A stretch of 59,866 bases of DNA, taken from the sequence record DRR723986_817, one strand, 5' to 3'. Made by a program: the position numbers and the translations under genes. Shown piece after piece: positions 58,397 through 59,866 of the stretch. Under the pieces are notes generated by a model. The model was not told where the DNA came from. It saw only the letters and a program-made list of their open reading frames with translations, and made no database searches. Positions within the stretch are counted from its first letter, which is position 1. Each line of letters opens with the position of its first letter.

Positions 58397-59866
58397 ATGC
58401 GTCTTCCAGATCTCCTCCAAACGGAGCGAATTCAAGAATCACTCGACCGAGCGATTCCAGGCTACATCGAGGGATCGATATGGTCGGTTGGCCGAAATTG
58501 TATTGAAGCAGTTGCACTTCCCACGCCCATGGGATCCGTGTGCGAAATTGTCCGCCGAAGTGGCAAACCTCTCTTGGCCGAAGTGATCGGCTTCTCCGGT
58601 GCAACCACCTTGCTCGCCCCGCTAGACGGCTCCGAAGGCATCTCGCCGGGAGACAAAGTCATCTTGCGAGAAGCTGTTGCCACCGTGCCTGTTGGAAGCG
58701 GACTGATCGGACGAGTTATTGATGCAGCAGGCAATCCAATTGACGACCTCGATGCGATCCAAGCACAGTCAAAAGCACCAACGGACCGATCGCCAATTGC
58801 TGCGATGCAGCGTCCTCCAATCGATGACGTACTAACCACTGGAGTGCGAGCAATCGACACTCTTTTAACACTGGGCAGAGGTCAGCGGATCGGAATCTTC
58901 GCCGGGTCTGGCGTCGGCAAAAGTACTCTCATGGGCATGATGGCTCGTGGTACCGATGCAGACATTGTTGTCATCAGTCTGGTCGGCGAGCGGGGCAGGG
59001 AAGTGCAAGAATACCTGCAGCGAGAATTAGATCCTGAAACGCGAAAAAAGTGCGTCACCGTTGTCGCGACCAGCGATCAACCAGCTCTTCGACGCGTTCA
59101 AGCGGCCATGACCGCGACCGCGATTGCTGAGACATTTCGCGACGAAGGCAAGAACGTCCTATTAATGATGGATTCTGTCACTCGGTTCGCGATGGCCCAA
59201 AGAGAGATCGGCTTGGCGGCCGGTGAAGCGCCGACAACTCGCGGTTATCCGCCCAGCGTGTTCTCCATGCTGCCGAAATTGGTGGAGCGTTCCGGAACCG
59301 GCCCCGTTGGCACGATAACAGGAATTTACACCGTATTGGTCGAGGGAGACGACACAAACGAGCCGATCGCGGACACGCTCCGTGGACTGCTAGACGGGCA
59401 CTTTGTTTTGTCCAGGGATATCGCTCAACAAGGGCGTTACCCTGCGATTGACATCCTAAAGAGCCTGAGCCGATTACAAAACCACTTGGTAGATGACACA
59501 CACCAACAAGTTGCAACGGCACTGCGAGGTCACTTGGCAACCTACGCTGAGAACGAAGACCTGGTGAACATCGGCGCCTACCAAAGAGGCTCCAACCCAA
59601 AAGTCGATGCGGCCATCGCACTCAAACCGCACATTGACGAGTTCCTGGCACAACACGCTCGAACCGTCTGTACATGGGATTCAGCGATAGCAGACTTTGC
59701 AACTTTAGCCGCAAGCATGAAAAGCACCGCGGACGCGAGCAACAACGCCCGCGCCAATTTGCAGCAGAAGCAAATCCAACAAGACGGCGAACCGGTGCAA
59801 CAAGCCGCCGCTCAACAAGCCGCCGCTCAACAAGCCGCTGCTCAACAAGCCGCTGCTCAACAAGCT
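58397..59866 (+). CDS. fliI: Flagellar export ATPase FliI, 3'-truncated by window edge
   Basis: Absent from the ORF track because it has no stop. My translation from ATG 58397 gives GRGQRIGIFAGSGVGKS, GERGREV, MDSVTRFAMA, GYPPSVF and LDGH. Confidence 0.93.
   Translation, partial: MRLPDLLQTERIQESLDRAIPGYIEGSIWSVGRNCIEAVALPTPMGSVCEIVRRSGKPLLAEVIGFSGATTLLAPLDGSEGISPGDKVILREAVATVPVGSGLIGRVIDAAGNPIDDLDAIQAQSKAPTDRSPIAAMQRPPIDDVLTTGVRAIDTLLTLGRGQRIGIFAGSGVGKSTLMGMMARGTDADIVVISLVGERGREVQEYLQRELDPETRKKCVTVVATSDQPALRRVQAAMTATAIAETFRDEGKNVLLMMDSVTRFAMAQREIGLAAGEAPTTRGYPPSVFSMLPKLVERSGTGPVGTITGIYTVLVEGDDTNEPIADTLRGLLDGHFVLSRDIAQQGRYPAIDILKSLSRLQNHLVDDTHQQVATALRGHLATYAENEDLVNIGAYQRGSNPKVDAAIALKPHIDEFLAQHARTVCTWDSAIADFATLAASMKSTADASNNARANLQQKQIQQDGEPVQQAAAQQAAAQQAAAQQAAAQQA
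59798..59866 (+). repeat. 15-bp tandem repeat CAACAAGCCGCYGCT, at least 4.6 copies, encoding QQAAA
   Basis: Units start at 59798, 59813, 59828 and 59843 with a partial unit at 59858; in frame with fliI. Confidence 0.92.

Noticed and set aside
59798-59866. CRISPR array
   Set aside because: The 15-bp units are contiguous with no spacers, lie in frame within fliI, and no cas genes are present.
1-59866. Many short alternative-frame and antisense ORFs in the ORF track
   Set aside because: They overlap well-supported genes and lack recognisable motifs, as expected for shadow ORFs in moderately GC-rich DNA.

Overview
A gene-dense bacterial chromosome segment. The gene content (exported sulfatase, PQQ-type beta-propeller, zinc-ribbon membrane proteins, HTH-receiver regulator, divergent flagellar genes) points to a planctomycete, probably Pirellulaceae; this is an inference. 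Housekeeping genes include ppk2 (5'-truncated), tal, clpS, holA, serS and mnmG. A rearranged flagellar cluster fills the right end: flgC-fliE-fliF, an antisense sulfotransferase, then flhA-flhF-hyp-fliA-fliG-like-fliH-fliI, with fliI running off the window. The best candidate for an undescribed system is a co-oriented ~11.4 kb cluster at 7321-18769. It joins a classical AAA ATPase, a PspA/IM30 (ESCRT-III superfamily) protein with a membrane-anchored coiled-coil partner, two solute-binding-protein/OmpA-domain fusions, an exported vWA protein and a NitT/TauT-type ABC transporter, which suggests an envelope-remodelling or envelope-stress machine. Other notable items are a sulfatase fused to an ArsC/LMW-PTP domain, a vanadium haloperoxidase, a metallopeptidase/ATP-grasp ligase pair, tandem zinc-ribbon paralogs and several structured intergenic elements. 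I saw no rRNA, tRNA, CRISPR array or transposase. All family calls come from motif recognition, not database searches.
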